Shown: piece after piece, positions 57,315-57,814 of the stretch
Position numbering within the stretch: position 1 is the stretch's first letter
How the letters are laid out: the number at the start of each line of letters is the position of its first letter
Notes under the pieces: model-generated
Told to the model about the DNA's origin: nothing
What the model saw: the letters and a program-made list of their open reading frames with translations, nothing else
The model's database searches: none
From: a virus
Taxonomy: Duplodnaviria; Caudoviricetes
Length of the DNA stretch: 57,814 nucleotides
Strand: one strand, 5' to 3'
IMG/VR virus record: IMGVR_UViG_3300035703_000106
Location: 1-57,814 of that record
Program-made: the position numbers and the translations under genes

Positions 57315-57814
57315 TCAATACCAACCATTTTCATAGTCTATGAGATATAATTGTTCAATACGATCTATTTGTTTTCTATCTAGATCTGGTTTATTCATAC
57401 TTGTTTTCATTCTATGAAAATCAGGCGGGTTAGTTTTTATACCTAATTTATCGTTCATAAATTCTATACATTTATATGTGTCTTTTATATCAAATATTTC
57501 ATCAAATCTATCTGGTGTACCCATCCACCAACTTTGAGATTCTAGATGTTCATTCCAATATTCTTTACTCTCTAACAGATCCAGTAGCTGGTCTATATGG
57601 TAATCGTGTTGACGAAAAGGTCCGAATGCTGTATCTTGATATATTTGCAAATATCCTGATACGAATCTTTTTATCGGATCCCTTTTTATAGCTACCCTTA
57701 TACTATCTTTTCTAAAAAAATCTTTAAAAGTCGTATCTTCATGATTTAACCATTGAGATACCCTTCCCGATCTTCTACAGCCAGTGTGATTTAAATAGGC
57801 AAACTCCGAAAGAT
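57315..57814 (-). CDS. Sulfotransferase-family-like protein, 5' end outside the window
   Basis: The frame extends upstream of the listed ORF: IKRDPIKRFVSGY...HLESQ. Confidence 0.55.
   Translation of the reverse strand, partial: LSEFAYLNHTGCRRSGRVSQWLNHEDTTFKDFFRKDSIRVAIKRDPIKRFVSGYLQIYQDTAFGPFRQHDYHIDQLLDLLESKEYWNEHLESQSWWMGTPDRFDEIFDIKDTYKCIEFMNDKLGIKTNPPDFHRMKTSMNKPDLDRKQIDRIEQLYLIDYENGWY

Overview
This window is a 57.8 kb segment of a T4-like (Tevenvirinae-related) myovirus genome, almost all on the minus strand. The host is probably an alphaproteobacterium: the phage carries a permuted two-piece tmRNA with the AACAGAA signature, a DUF1127 gene and a ROSE-like hsp20 leader. Reading right to left, it holds head genes (gp21, gp22, gp23), gp3, uvsY/uvsW, gp55, gp47/46, gp45/44/62, regA, hsp20, gp43, a primase-polymerase, a likely cytosine-modification cluster (cytidylyltransferase, dCMP hydroxymethylase-like, asparagine synthetase-like, dCMP deaminase, divergent UDP-sugar dehydrogenase), uvsX, gp41 and thyX. 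Further left are the tmRNA, a porin-like gene, a seven-gene module of exported and membrane proteins, a desaturase/hydroxylase cluster, DUF932 and pstS. At the left end is a late-promoter cluster whose proteins carry T4-style capsid-targeting N-termini; two of them are arrays of repeated cassettes bounded by probable prohead-protease sites. All calls come from motif recognition by eye; no searches were run.
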